DNA from: Adineta vaga
Taxonomy: Eukaryota > Animalia > Rotifera
Direction: 5' to 3'
Length of the DNA: 64,000 nucleotides
NCBI GenBank assembly: GCA_021613535.1
Contig: CP075493.1
Coordinates: 620,001 to 684,000 of the forward strand
A program made the translations under genes and the position numbers. The notes beneath the pieces were generated by a model. It was not told where the DNA came from and made no database searches. It saw only the letters and a program-made list of their open reading frames with translations. This document shows positions 1-13,300 of this stretch, piece by piece. The stretch's first letter is position 1. Each line of letters opens with the position of its first letter.

Positions 1-1330
1 CGTGATTTGTCGTTCTGCCAATTAGCTGATTCATATATTCGGGAGAACCACATTATCATCACCAAATAGCAAGCATTGAAATAGAACGGAAGTTGCTTTG
101 TAAGATCCATCAAAGCGGTCAATATCATCGCGAAGCGATATAAATGTGATTGTCGAAGTTTTTCGTATTTCTCCAACCATGAACGTGAAGAGATATCTCC
201 ATGTCGTTCTGCCAGCCACATTTTCAGATAAGCATCAGCTTCACCCAGCTCCTGTACTTTATCCAGTAAACCCTGTACGTTTTCTTCGAAATTAGTTGTA
301 CCTTCTCCTTCTTCGACGATTTCACTGATGATATCGTCGATGGTTTTTGCATCAACATGATACCGTCGCTTATTTTGCTGAGCGAAGGAGTCGGAGTTCT
401 GGCTGCGATATACGGGTCCTGTTGGTATAGCACGTTCCGTATTGAATTCTGGTGATAGAAGCTCATCTACCAGATTACGATTATTATTTATAACCCATTT
501 ATTCCGAAATGCCTGTTCATATAGTGGCTTAATCGCTTTCTGATACAAAGCAGCGATGGACTGGAAACGAAATTCTTTTAGTGCCGGTTCCTGTCGTCTC
601 ATACGTCTCCTTTAATTATTTTTTTCGGCCAGTGGACGAAGAGAAGTGTAGACTAAGTATAATTTGTCGGCCATATCTTTTCGAACAGTCTCATCCTCGA
701 CGTTTAGGAGCATGCTTTCGATCTGAAAACGTGTTTCAAATTCAAATGAGTTTTCGAGCATATCGATAGTTTTTGACGTAAATATCTCATTGCCTTGTAA
801 AGTATCAGACGAGTCGTAGAGGACGAAGCGCCGGATGTTATCAAGAGTAAACGGTGCAATTGGAATTGGCACGTCGATGTCGTCATTTACTTGAGTTTCG
901 CCGGTCGCAGCTCTCCAGTTCGGAAAAAGCCAATTACCAGTAGTGAGGTGCCTTTTCGGCAGTGCAAAGTGTGGCCTTTCTCCTAGTCCACGTAACATGC
1001 ATTGAACATAGTGCAGATGAAGCATTTCCTCTCGTGCTACAAGAAGAATACTTTCTTTCCATGCTCGAGCGCGTTCGAATTGGATGGCAGCGCGCCTATT
1101 ATCACCTACACCGGCAAGCTTTTCAAATTCGTGTGGAGTCGTTTTGATCGTGCTAGCCGTGTAAAGATAAGCATTTAACAAACTATGTTCCAACTGAGCA
1201 GCTTTCTGCAGTAGAGATACTAGACGTCGATAGTCATCATTTCTGCAGAACTCGATAACTGACGAATCTAAATGAAGTAGCAGAGAACATTGGTAATGAT
1301 CACTGAGAGGTTGTAGGCATACCAAAAAGA
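1..1330 (-). pseudogene. Ferritin-like domain protein (bacterial VioB-C/ferritin-like family), pseudogene; runs off the window
   Basis: ORF 612..1364 has LLQKAAQLEHSLLNAYLY and VAREEMLHL. The same frame continues past TAA (612-614) as RRRMRRQEPALKEFRFQSIAALYQ. After a 1-nt frameshift at about 498-501 it gives IDDIISEIVEEGEG and QSHLYRF, the later motifs of this family. No intron seen; true start uncertain. Confidence 0.75.
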
Positions 1331-1966
1331 TAAGAACATATATAATTTGATTGACTGATCTCAAGGGTAGAGCCGTTATGTCTAAACGGCTTTTGATCGA
1401 TTTTGGACAGTTCGCAAATCACCCGTGAAGAACTGACAAAAGGGTTTATACAGGGACAAATACAAGAACTTTTTTATACACCTTACTAACGAAACCTGTT
1501 TCCCAGAGTGCAGTAGCTCGTGTAAGTTGCAAAGCTGCTCAATCAACTTTACCGGATGTTTCAGAAGTCTCTTCCGCTTATACTTTTCTTATATCTCTCG
1601 TAATTAATTTTACTCTACCGACTGATTTCATTTTAAATGATGAATGAAGACAACACGTTTTTATCTATTTGGACAAAACTCGAGAAGTCCTTTTCAGAGC
1701 TGATAAAATCGTGATATCTCCAATAGATGGACTGGTCATTTCTTTTTCATTTAACCCTCAAATACACTCCTGAAGTCTATAGAGATCCCAGAGGAGAATG
1801 TGCCGTTCGAAAAGTTGACTACGTTTTCGTTTCACATCAACCATTAACAAATGAAATCAGGTGTTAATAGTAGTACATGTTAACGCCTCTTACGACGTGT
1901 GAGTAGAAAAAAAATTCAAACATGCTACGCTAAAAGTTGCGTAGTTCACAGGGATGTATTGGAGGG

Positions 1967-3319
1967 TTAGCAAGCATCATAATGGAATGTTTCAAAAGAT
2001 AAAAGTGGCACCTTACTTTGAGCATCACACACTTCATCGTGCTTCTTCGTGGCAGGAACGAATGGACCTTTTTCGCTAAAAACGATGCAGTTTTTGCTAT
2101 TAGAATCATTTGTTGTATCATAAGACCATGCCACACAGTCGAACAGTGAATCGCAGTATTTCATACAATTTGCAAGTGTCTTCGTCTTGAATATTTCATT
2201 ATTATTGATTGTTTTGAAATTTCGGAGGAGATTACTTCGTACTTCCACATATGGCTTATGGTTTTCACCTATAATACGGTTTCCATGGCAAATGTAATTA
2301 TAATTTTAAAAATTGAAGGAAACACATACGGTTAGTTTGAGGAGACAATATTTAGTATGTCCCAATGAGCCTCTGCTAGGGATGTACAGTTTATATTCAC
2401 CAGCGTTCATGAGCGTAAATGTGTCTCTATCTCAAATATGTCAGAAATTAGAATTATGAATCATATTAAATTTGTATATAGTTTTAAAAAATTATCTTAT
2501 TGTGGGAAACCGAGCTGAATCGGTCCCCGAGTATTCGAAAATTCAAAGCCGTTTTCGAGCGATGCACAGGAGCTATTTGAAATTTCTCACAAATGTCTCA
2601 CTAGTCAACAACTGAAATCAGGGTTCATCAGGCTTTCTGCATATGATAGTTACAAAAGAGACACTTGCGCTCACTAGTGTGGATACCAGCAGTGCACCTC
2701 TATCTTTAAACTCATCCTCATAACCGAATACCACTCCATATTAGAAGCTCTCTCTAAAAGATTGTATGTTCCAGACATATCAGAAGCTCTTCTTCTTTAC
2801 AAGCTTTTCGAGACTTTCTAGAGAACTTTTATTAGTGTTATGAGAGTAAAATTTCGTTAAATATAAATTCTTAATCTAAAAACGTGTTGAATTCTTAGGT
2901 AACCGAATTAAAATTCGAGAAACTTTGGTTCCCAAAATGCCAGATAAATCATAGAACATAATAGAAAATCCCTCCGACGATTTTCGACTCCGAATTGTCC
3001 ATAAGGCCTTTGGGGCTTCTGATTTCGAGAGGGATTTACCACTTCTGACAGATTGTACTGAATAAGGATAATGTCATCTTTTCAATCAAACGATGTTGTG
3101 GCGCTACGAGAAGTAGTTCTTATACTCACACTCTATACAGGACTGATGTTTTGCGAGTTCTGCATGATTCCGACTTTGTTTATGACGAATAAATGAACGA
3201 ATAGCTGGCTCGTCTAATTTCATGCCATTCCACCTTTTAGTACGAACTAAATTACACTGAAGAATCGATAACAAAACGATGATAAGTAGGTTAATTGATA
3301 CGAAGACTGATAGTTTCAT
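1967..3319 (-). CDS. Secreted PAN/apple-domain protein, 2 exons (3319..3130, 2268..1967), about 163 aa
   Basis: Signal peptide MKLSVFVSINLLIIVLLSILQC. Phase-1 donor T|GTGAGT at 3129 and acceptor TATTATAG| at 2269 join in frame (CIEC-ENHKPYVEVRSN). Exon 2 has the PAN pattern CMKYC...CVAWSY...C. Confidence 0.7.
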
Positions 3320-4898
3320 ATTCTTTCAACAAAAAGAAATGAAATAATGGACGACTAAATAGCAACTAGTTCACTTGAGAAGAATGTGCAAATTGTACTT
3401 TGGATCATGTGCATACTCTACACAGCGATCCGCACGGCTAGTTATGTGATGACAAAAAAAGGAAGAACGAAAGAAAGAGTGATGAAGGTGACGCAATGAG
3501 ATAGGGAGAGAAAAAAATGTTTTCGTTTTGCCTTCCCTTAGCAGTAATCGACACGCATAAATGTTTTTTAGAATAAAATATAGTGATCTTTCTTTTCTAT
3601 CACTCAATCACTTCTTTAATTAATACAAAGGAGAAGCAGCGAACACCGTAAAAGTAAATCCGTAGAATAAGAAACGGAAAGGGTATATGATTTTAAGAGT
3701 TTATGAACAAAATGATCCAAGGCGATAAAAAGGATTTTTGGTAATCATCAAGTAAGACTAAGGGTATTTGAATATTCATTGAAAAGTTGTACCGTTTATT
3801 GATTTAGTTTTGAGTGGTTTTTTAATCTACCCTTGAGGCACTTACACTCAACCGGTTTGCCAATCGACCGTATCATGGTTGTCTTACTTGCTAGAAGGAC
3901 AAATAGCCGCAAAACTACCATATAGGGTTGTAAACTTTCAAAAAATCCCAATATGACGCGGGTTATATTACTTAGACGTCAAAACATAGCATTCTTCATT
4001 GGCTCGTGGAGCTGAAAAAAAGAGAAGAAAACTGATATCTCTCATAGGGAATACTATAATCACTGAGTTTCGAGTGTGACCTATTCACAGAATATTTTGA
4101 ACTAAACTAAGTTGACGCAGAAGGATAGATAAAACGGAATCACTGATTTTTCATCGATGATAAGAGGGGCGCTTCTATCGTCCTCAGTGTGAAATGAATC
4201 ATCGTTAAAGCTCAACACAACACCCATACCCACCCTTTTCGCTGGTGAAAAAACATTTTTCTATTTGTTAAACATAAACAAGTACTTTTGAAATCTTGAG
4301 TGTGGGTGCGGGTGTGGATTAGAGAGGAAGAACACTTACACTCTAGATGGCAAAAGGCGAGACTTCAAATACTTCAGGTAGTATTTTGAAACAAGGTGAG
4401 TTATAGATGCAGTATGAGTGAAGTCTCGCTTTTCCCCCCTTGCCGACACCCACAACCTCATGACCAAATAGGGCGCTTTCATTTGAAATCAGAGAATCGG
4501 AACGATGAACACAGGAACAGATGAATACGCAAGAGTCTAAGTGTGAGTGAACGCGAAAATCGAGAAAATATAACATCGATATGTTCCTTTATCAATATCG
4601 ATTCATATATGCCTTGGTTTGATTTGGTTTCGTCAATATTGTGGCTGAAAACAGTCGAGTGCTCATCATTCCTGCGCTCATCGTTCACCAACCCATTTAA
4701 TAGTTACCTCGCATACGATTTACACGTAATAAAAAACAGCGTCACCATATGACATCACTGATAAAATTTTCTTGTTCTATTTGTTGTTGAAGAAAGTGAT
4801 GTCATCTTATTTTTAGATTTCATCAGACATTATTTTCTTTTTATATGAAATTAAAAGGCCGATTTAAACCTTTAACATTCTAATAAAAACATTTAATA

Positions 4899-6089
4899 AT
4901 GGTTGATAATTGTAACAAAATGCGAACAATTCTTATTGTGGGTGGTGGATTAGGTGGTTTGGCTCTAGCTTAACTACTAATACAAGAGTGTTTACCTTCA
5001 TTAAAAGTAGTTTTATTCGAACGTGATGTCGAGGAAAATGTTCGTGATCAAGGTTATTGTATAACAGTAAATGAAATGGGCATTAATGTACTTAAACGTA
5101 TATTAGTTCTAAATGATATTTTCTCCGATGAATTAACTATGTCTCAGAATCAATATAAAGTGAAACTTGCTGACAAAAATCTAAATATAATATTTGATAT
5201 AGCAGCAGAAAAATTGAAAATAATTGAACGAGCAACTTTACGACGAAGTCTTTTGAAAAACATCGATGTTCGATGGAACAAACGATTTGTTTCCTACAAA
5301 ATGCTCGATGATGGCGTCGAAGTCTATTTCGAAGATGGATCATCAGTACAAGGAACATTACTTGTTGGTTGTGATGGAGCTAAATCACTTGTTCGAGCTC
5401 AACTTGTACATAATCTAGAACGAGAAGATATGGGAGTCGTCTTCGTATCATCTACTATTCAATCAAATCAAACGTTAGGTAAAGTGCGACAGTTAATAGA
5501 AAATAGTCTTGTACAAGTTCTTGGAGAACAAAGCCATTCTTTATTTCTCATTTCTGTCGACAATTTGTGGTTTTGGTCTCTTTCATGGGCAAATGAGGAA
5601 ACAGGAGAAACAAGTATTTCTTCTAGTGAATTACTGAATAAAGTTCGTACGAATTTCAATAATCCAGAACTCGTTCGTTTAGTGGAACCATTATTATCAT
5701 CATCAGAACGTTTCGATACTTTACGTCTTTATTCTTCTCCATGTTTAAAAGTAAATCCATTTCCAAATAATTCTCGAGTTACATTATTGGGCGATGCTGC
5801 TCATTTGATGACGATTCAACGTGGTATGGGAGCGAACACAGCCTTTGCCGATGCATTTGATCTGGCTAATGTTATATGTCTTGGTCCAACTCAATCTTCT
5901 CTTGCTGATTATGAAGAGAAAATGTTTAGACGCGGATTTCAAGCCGTTCAAGATTCATTCAATAGCACTCGCATGCTACGAATGTCCGGTAGACAGGCTA
6001 ATATAAGGAATTATATTTTTTGGTTTCTCCACTACATGATGGCATTCAAAAACATTGTCCTGGTGCCGTTTACATTCTTTTGGAAATGA
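4899..6089 (+). pseudogene. FAD-dependent monooxygenase (salicylate hydroxylase/TetX-like group A flavoprotein) with in-frame nonsense codon
   Basis: ATG 4899/4920 gives MRTILIVGGGLGGLALA* with TAA at 4971-4973. The same frame continues LLIQE...FERD...RDQGY into ORF 5076..6089, which has LLVGCDGAKS and VTLLGDAAH...RGMGANTAFADA motifs. Intronless. Confidence 0.8.
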
Positions 6090-6568
6090 GTAGATCATAT
6101 TTATATTAGACTTCTATTATTTATGATTGTACGGTTATTTCTTTTATACTCGGTAATCTTGAGGGTGTAGGTGGTGTTTCAATTTAACCCACACCCACTC
6201 TCTATTTATGCCTGAATGCTGTTATCTTACGACATCTATACTGTATCGATTATCTAAATTCTGCATAGGTCTATAACTGCTGAATGCAAATAAAGAATGA
6301 TTTAATTATGCACAATTTTTCTTCAAAATAAAAACAATGTTTACACGTTTCTTTTTCATTTCGTTAGTTTTATTGAAACTATAGGTTCTTTTCTTTTCAT
6401 ATTTGTAAAACCATCTACACCAACTTATCATCTCCTTATTTATCTGACGAAGTATTCTTATATTAACAAAAGTTCTATCGATATAAAAGGTAATTCTGCA
6501 CATTGCTTTTAGTCATGGGATCTTTGATAACACGGTCGTCAACAGCAGAACTAAAGAACGTTATAAAT

Positions 6569-7219
6569 ATGACAGATAAGAAGAAATTTATTCCAGCATT
6601 AGGTTATGATTGGCTGACAAAGTTCTATGACTGGACAATTAAATTAACAATGCCGGAAAAAAAATTCAGAACAAAACTCGTTGACAAATTAAATCCTAAA
6701 TCTGAAGAAATTATTTTAGAATTTGGATATGGAACTGGACAAAATTTAATTCTTGCCAATCAACGAAATAATAAATCAACATTTATTGCTCTTGATATTG
6801 ATCCAAAAGTGAAAGCTATTGCTGAGTGTAAAATGAAACAACATGGTTTTGACATATCTCTCGATATATATGATGGAAAAATCTTTCCATACGCTGACAA
6901 TTCATTTCATAAAGTATTTAGTTCGTTAGTTTTTCATCAACTTGACAGAGAAACGAAATTATTTTGCTTAAAAGAAATCTTTCGTGTTTTAAAACCAAAT
7001 GGACAACTTATTATTGGAGATTGGGGACAAGCGAAATCAAAAACTATGAGATTTGCTTTTTATTTTGTTCAAATTCTTGATGGCTTTCAAACAACTAATG
7101 ACAATGTCAATGGTCTTTTACTTAAATTTATCGAACAAATAGGTTTCAAAAATGCTAATGAAGTTGATTTTATCAACACTAAAATCGGAACATATTCATA
7201 TTATACAGCAACAAAATAA
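6569..7219 (+). CDS. Class I SAM-dependent methyltransferase (UbiE/Methyltransf_11-like), bacterial-type, intronless
   Basis: Motif I ILEFGYGTG, then ALDID, FPYADNSFHKVFSSLVFHQL and EIFRVLKPNGQLIIGDW. Likely start MTDKKKFIPALGYDWLT at 6569. Confidence 0.85.
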   Translation: MTDKKKFIPALGYDWLTKFYDWTIKLTMPEKKFRTKLVDKLNPKSEEIILEFGYGTGQNLILANQRNNKSTFIALDIDPKVKAIAECKMKQHGFDISLDIYDGKIFPYADNSFHKVFSSLVFHQLDRETKLFCLKEIFRVLKPNGQLIIGDWGQAKSKTMRFAFYFVQILDGFQTTNDNVNGLLLKFIEQIGFKNANEVDFINTKIGTYSYYTATK

Positions 7220-9788
7220 AATTATAAAGAAAATAGTAATTATTCATGGATGAACTGATGACCGAGTAAAATTTACAGAAAAGAATAATAAGCAACATTT
7301 TTCTTCACATCAATCACTAAACAATATCATAAACATGAAAGACATATGATTAATTAAATAAATATCTCGAGCATTTTGATGAATTATATTTCCATTAATA
7401 GATATACTTGATGACAGCGCATATAGACATGCATTGATTCGATGTAAAGATAAAATGAATATCTTTGAAATAGTCGATTGAACTAAAGCGTAGTATAATA
7501 GAAATCAAATATAACTCTATACACAATCTAATAACAACATCAAAGTATAACATTTATACAAAAATTAGTTGTCAAAAGTATTAACTATAGTGTAAAAACA
7601 TTGGAGAAAGAGAATTGATAAAATATAGATTAACATTAATATAATAATGATCAGTAGAAAAATAATATCTATTTTTTTCATAATTATTCTAAGAAAAAAT
7701 TTAAAAAATCATAGTTAATCGTGGAAAATACTTGACAATATAGCATCATCATCGATAAACATGTTAGGATGAAGATGAAAATATTCACATCACTCGATGA
7801 TTACCATCGATTTCGATTTCTAATTGCATTGAAACGTAAGTACCTTCAAAAATTTCATTTTCTACATCACTATACTTTTGTTCAAGTGTCGGATGCAGCT
7901 GATGATCACGGATCAACAGCAGAGTTCTAATAACACTGAAAATTACGTATTCGACGACGAACAAGTACAACCGTTTTGGAAAACACAATATGAAGTGTTC
8001 AGAATAAAGATTTGCAAACCGCTCATATATAAGATCAAGAGCTGAAAATATAGGAATAGTTAGAACTCGATGAGTTTTATCTACCAACCCATTCATTCTC
8101 ATTCACATCCTCTCACTCTACCTTTGTTTCAACTGTATTTTTGTAGGTAACGGGAAATTTATAAACGAATATTTTGTATTAAAAAAAATTCTCTCTGACT
8201 AATAAATGTCGCTCATGACTTTTCTCTTTCTCTTCTTACTGCTTTAAAAACAGCGTCATATTTATGGAGAAGCAAGCAAAACGAATCATTAATGATATTC
8301 TGTTAGTATTATTCATTTTTCTTTTCTTATTGAGAGAACGAAAAAAAAACATTAGATTTTCAATAATGTCAATTTCGTTAATGATTTAAAATGAATCATA
8401 GAGGGAATTTCTTTAACAACAGAAAATAAACAAATCGAGGGTGTATAAAAAGAAGAATTTTATTTCTTTTCCTACATTAATAGATTGAAGCAATATATAA
8501 TTATCAAGTATATTCAAATATTACTTATCGATATAGACTAAACATGAACTTTGATCTAAACAAAATCTGATTATTTTCATTCGACTACAAAAATTGGCAC
8601 ATGAATCACAGGATTTACAAATGATAATATTGAAAAGTATGTCGAACATTTGATATTACTAAACTATGATATAAGGTGTTGATATTATGTTAACTAAGTT
8701 GACGAAACATCCGAGTTTATGTGTTTCGTCATATTTTTATTATTTATTCGTTTTTTCAAAGTCAATATTATTTGAATGATTACCCACAACTACATTATAA
8801 CTTCGATATTCTTAAATCGTATGATGACAAATCTACTGTAAATCAAAATCAATCAGAACAAAAATAAGATTATATTCATCTTACGTGAGTAATTCTTAAA
8901 AATTCATCTATAGTCGAGAAATATAAAAGAGCACTTGAATTCGAGATACGAAGGAGGATTATTATCACAGATAATGTAAAATTCAGTTTAAATATCAACA
9001 TATGTCACTTTATGACGCTAATTTACTCGATATGCTTGGAAAAAATAACTGGAATTTATCATTCATCAGAACAGAAAGCGATTGTTTTATTCAAAAAAAG
9101 CAATGTGTTATTTTTATTCACAACATACGTTAAATAATGTATTATTTTTCATACATTTTGCTTTTTCGCGTCACATTTACAATTCTGACACAAAAATAAC
9201 CAAACTAAACAAATTTTTCCCCCAGAAAAACTTTATTTTCATCCCCACAAATTATGCAAATAATCCTTTTTTTTCAATTCTCCATCAACGATGTGACTGC
9301 ATGTCAATAGAAATGATTTGCTACGTTTCTACAAGCAAAGAACTGTTTTTTTCTTGACTTATATCGATAGACAAATTATCGACAGGTTAGATGAGAAACT
9401 CTCTATCTCTCAGACAAAACATGCTTTTTCTTTCAGCAACTATCAACATTGTGCGTGTAATATAAATTTCATTCCGAAGATTTTCATACGGATTAAATTA
9501 TACGAAGAAATTTTAGGTACCTTTGAGGACGATGTTATTAATTGAGATATAACTCTTATTTTACAGAAATAATAAGGGACGATCATTTGGAGTTTTTCTT
9601 ATCAGGTAATTTAGCAACGACATTGGAAGATGAAAACTATATACAAAAGTATATGCGAAATGATAGTTTCAATTAGAATAGAGAGTTTGGACTAATCTTA
9701 AACTAAAGCTAATGCTAATGCATAATTTTTCATTAGATGGAAATTGAAATTCGATCTCATTCATTTTTTATCAGTATTTTTATGACAT

Positions 9789-10106
9789 AATAATAATAAT
9801 AATAATAACGTCCCATAGGCTATTCGCCCGTTGGGGCCGGCCGCGGTTATTATTAGTATTTTTTCCACATGCAGCCGGGTTCTACCGTCTTTTCTTTTTA
9901 CGGACGGCGGTATCTGCACCCTCTTCCGTCCAACATACTCACTAAGCGTGTAGCCAGTATGAATGACTCATGTGGAATGAGTCATGTTTAGACAACTTAG
10001 CCGTTAGTGACTTGTCTAGGGTCATTCCATGGATGATGTTACTGAGGTTTGAACACAGTACCTTGAAGTTACGTGTCGAACAACGTAACCACTCAACCAT
10101 GGCGGC
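9789..10106 (-). mobile_element. tRNA-derived SINE with (TTA)n tail and 14-bp TSD
   Basis: Minus strand has A box TGGTTGAGTGG, B box GTGTTCAAACC, a CORE-like TGACCCTAGACAAGTCACTAAC and a (TTA)n tail. Direct repeat TATTTTTATGACAT at 9775-9788 and 10107-10120. Confidence 0.85.
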
Positions 10107-10314
10107 TATTTTTATGACATGACTGAGATAAAGAACCCACACTCTTCGCCTGAGTTCAAATCTACCATTTCCGTGTTAAAAATTAATCTTTTGAAATTTG
10201 TTGATATTGATGATTATGTTTTAGATAATTCTTTAATAATAATCTATACATCATCGTAAAAATTGTTCATACTTGTTTTTTAAGTTTTGATAATTATTTG
10301 TAAACTAGAAGTAA

Positions 10315-13300
10315 ATGAAAGACCATAACAACAAGAGAAGAACGGTGATAACTGATGACAACCCTTCAATTTCACTAACAGCAATTACACACATTAATGA
10401 TGAACCACTCGAGTTTGATAATTTATCTCAGTATATTGATGAAGACGAAACAATCGACCAGAGACAAGTAACAGTAACAATGAATTCTGCTGATATATCG
10501 AACAATTCTACCAATAATAACAATCTTCGAATTGTAGATGTAACTGCTGATCAATCAAATGTAACTCTCGCACATATCGTTAATAATATTCAAGGAGATT
10601 TAGGTCCTATTGTAGGATATTCTAAAGAACCTTTACTGCCACTTGTCAAAGCATGTGCTCCGTTGACCAATATCATTCACAATTTATCATTCTATGTAGA
10701 AATGGCACTCAACGCAACTCCAGAAGAACCATCTGATGGACTGACAATTGATGAAAGTGCTGCAATTCGTCTCTACACGATGGAATGGAAACGACCACAT
10801 CGAAGTCTTTATTCTATGCTTAATTACACTCTCAACAACGATCGCAAGCATCTACCATATTATTTCAAATATATGAAACTATTCTTAAGTGGTTTAGTCA
10901 AATTACCATGCAGTCCAACATTAGCCGTTTGGCGAGGAGTGACTAAAGATTTAAGTGCAGAATTTCCAGCTGGTACACTAGTAACTTGGTGGGGATTTTC
11001 ATCATGCACAACCTCGTTGACTGTGCTGAAGAATAACATGTATTTGGGCAATAGTGGCAATCGTACATTATTCTCTGTGGAAGCGATTAATGGTCGAGCA
11101 ATACGTGCTCATTCACAGTATGTTACTGAAGAAGAAATTCTTCTTCTACCTGGCACTCATATGATAGTTAAAGCACAATTAAATCCAGCACCTGATCTTC
11201 ATATTATTCATTTGAAACAGATTATACCGGACGAAATATTATTGGAACCGCCATTCAAAGGTACTTGTTGAATATTTTTTATCATTTATTTCAAATTAAT
11301 TCTATTTCTACACTTCTAGGTGCACATATTTATCAAGAAATTAAGTAAGTCTAATTTCATCTTGTACTTTTTATATTTTGAATGGATGTTTTTATTATAT
11401 TTACAAGACGCCAATGGTATCGAATGAAAAGATACATTATTCCACTTCTCTTATTGATTGCTATTGCCATTGGAGCAATCATTCTTGGTTCTATTTTAGG
11501 AACAAAATCTAACAACACTTCGATAATTAACAGCAATCCAGCAGGTACGATTCTCAATATTATTGTCAGTTCAAATGTTTTTTTTGATGATGTATTTTAG
11601 TATCTGTGTGCGACAAGCCATTTGAATATAAAGATTTTTATGATATTGGTAAATATCCAGTTTCTGCAACATTCGGCAAATTTACCAACGATGGAAAACT
11701 AGACGCCATAATAGCCAACAGCGACGACAACATCATCACTATGATGCTTGGAAATGGAGATGGAACCTTTGTCTTTCCAGCCAAATATGTAGTTGGTATG
11801 TCTCCATCATCTGTAAAATCAGCTGATTTTAACAACGATCACAAAATGGATCTGGTAGTCACTCACGGTGATGATAACACCATTAGTGTGTTACTTAACA
11901 ATGGAAATGGACTCTTTCAGACTCCAACATTTTATACAGTTGGTCTTGCTCCACAATCTGTTATAGTGAATGATTTCAACAATGATGACAAATTGGATCT
12001 AGTAGTAGCCAACTATTTTGACTACACTGTTAGCGTACTACTTGGCAATGCAGATGGAACCTTTCAGACTCAAACACACTACAGGGTTGGTGTTTATCCA
12101 CGATCTGTTACATCAGCTGATTTCAATAACGATAAAAAAGCGGATTTGGTAGTAACGAACTATAATGACAGCACTGTTAGTGTGCTACTTGGTAACGGGG
12201 ATGGAACCTTTCAGACTCAAACATCCTATACGGTTGGTCGTTCTCCAGAATCTGTGATATCAGCTGACTTCAATAACGATAAAAAAGCGGATTTGGCAGT
12301 GGCAAACTTCTACGCGAATACCATCAGCGTGCTACTTGGTAATGGAAATGGAAACTTTCAGACTCAAACATACCATGTGGTCGGTTCGTTCCCAAACGCT
12401 GTGATAGCACATGATTTCGATAACGATACAAATATGGATTTGGCAGTGACCAACTGGAACGACGGAACCGTCAGTGTACTGCTTGGCTACGGCAATGGAA
12501 GCTTTCAACCTCATATGGACTATCGGGCTGGTCAGACTCCAGGATCTGTAATATCAGCTGATTTTAACAATGATAGCAAACTGGATCTTGCAGTGACGAA
12601 CTACTACAATAACAGTATGACGGTACTACTTGGAAATGGAGATGGGACCTTCCAGAATCAAACGTACTATACGGTTGGTGTGTATCCAACTGCTGTAATA
12701 TCAGCTGATTTTAACAATGATAGCAGACTGGATCTAGCAGTAACGAACTATAATGACAGCACTGTCAGTGTGCTGGTCGGCACTGGGAATGGAATCTTTC
12801 TGTCTACAACGAACTATACAGTTGATAGCTATCCAGGATCTGTAATATCAGCTGATTTTAATAATGATAATAAATCGGATCTAGCAGTCACCAACTACTA
12901 CAGCAGCACCCTTCTCGTGCTACTTGGCAACGGGAATGGAGCTTTTGAGAATCAAATGTATTATACGGTTGGCGGGTATCCAACCTCTGTAATATCAGCT
13001 GATTTTAATAATGATAGGAAACAAGATCTGGCAATGGTCAACTATGCTGACAACACTACCAGTGTCCTACTTGGTTATGGAAATGGAACCTTTGAGCCTC
13101 CAATAGTCTTTTCAGTTGCTGGTGGACCACAATCTGTAATATCAGCTGATTTCAACAAAGATGGCAACGTAGACCTAGCAGTGGCAAACTCCTACAGCAA
13201 CACTATCAGTGTGCTACTTGGCAATGGAGATGGAAATTTTCGTAATGCAATGAACCTTTCAGTTGGTCATGGGCCACGATCTGTAATATCAGGTTATTTC

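Noticed and set aside
6540-6570. Integron attC-like remnant before the methyltransferase
   Set aside because: GTTATAA does not fit GTTRRRY and no matching downstream inverse core or hairpin is seen.
7500-8102. Possible membrane-protein pseudogene fragment on the minus strand
   Set aside because: Hydrophobic stretches can be explained by AT richness; no recognisable motif.
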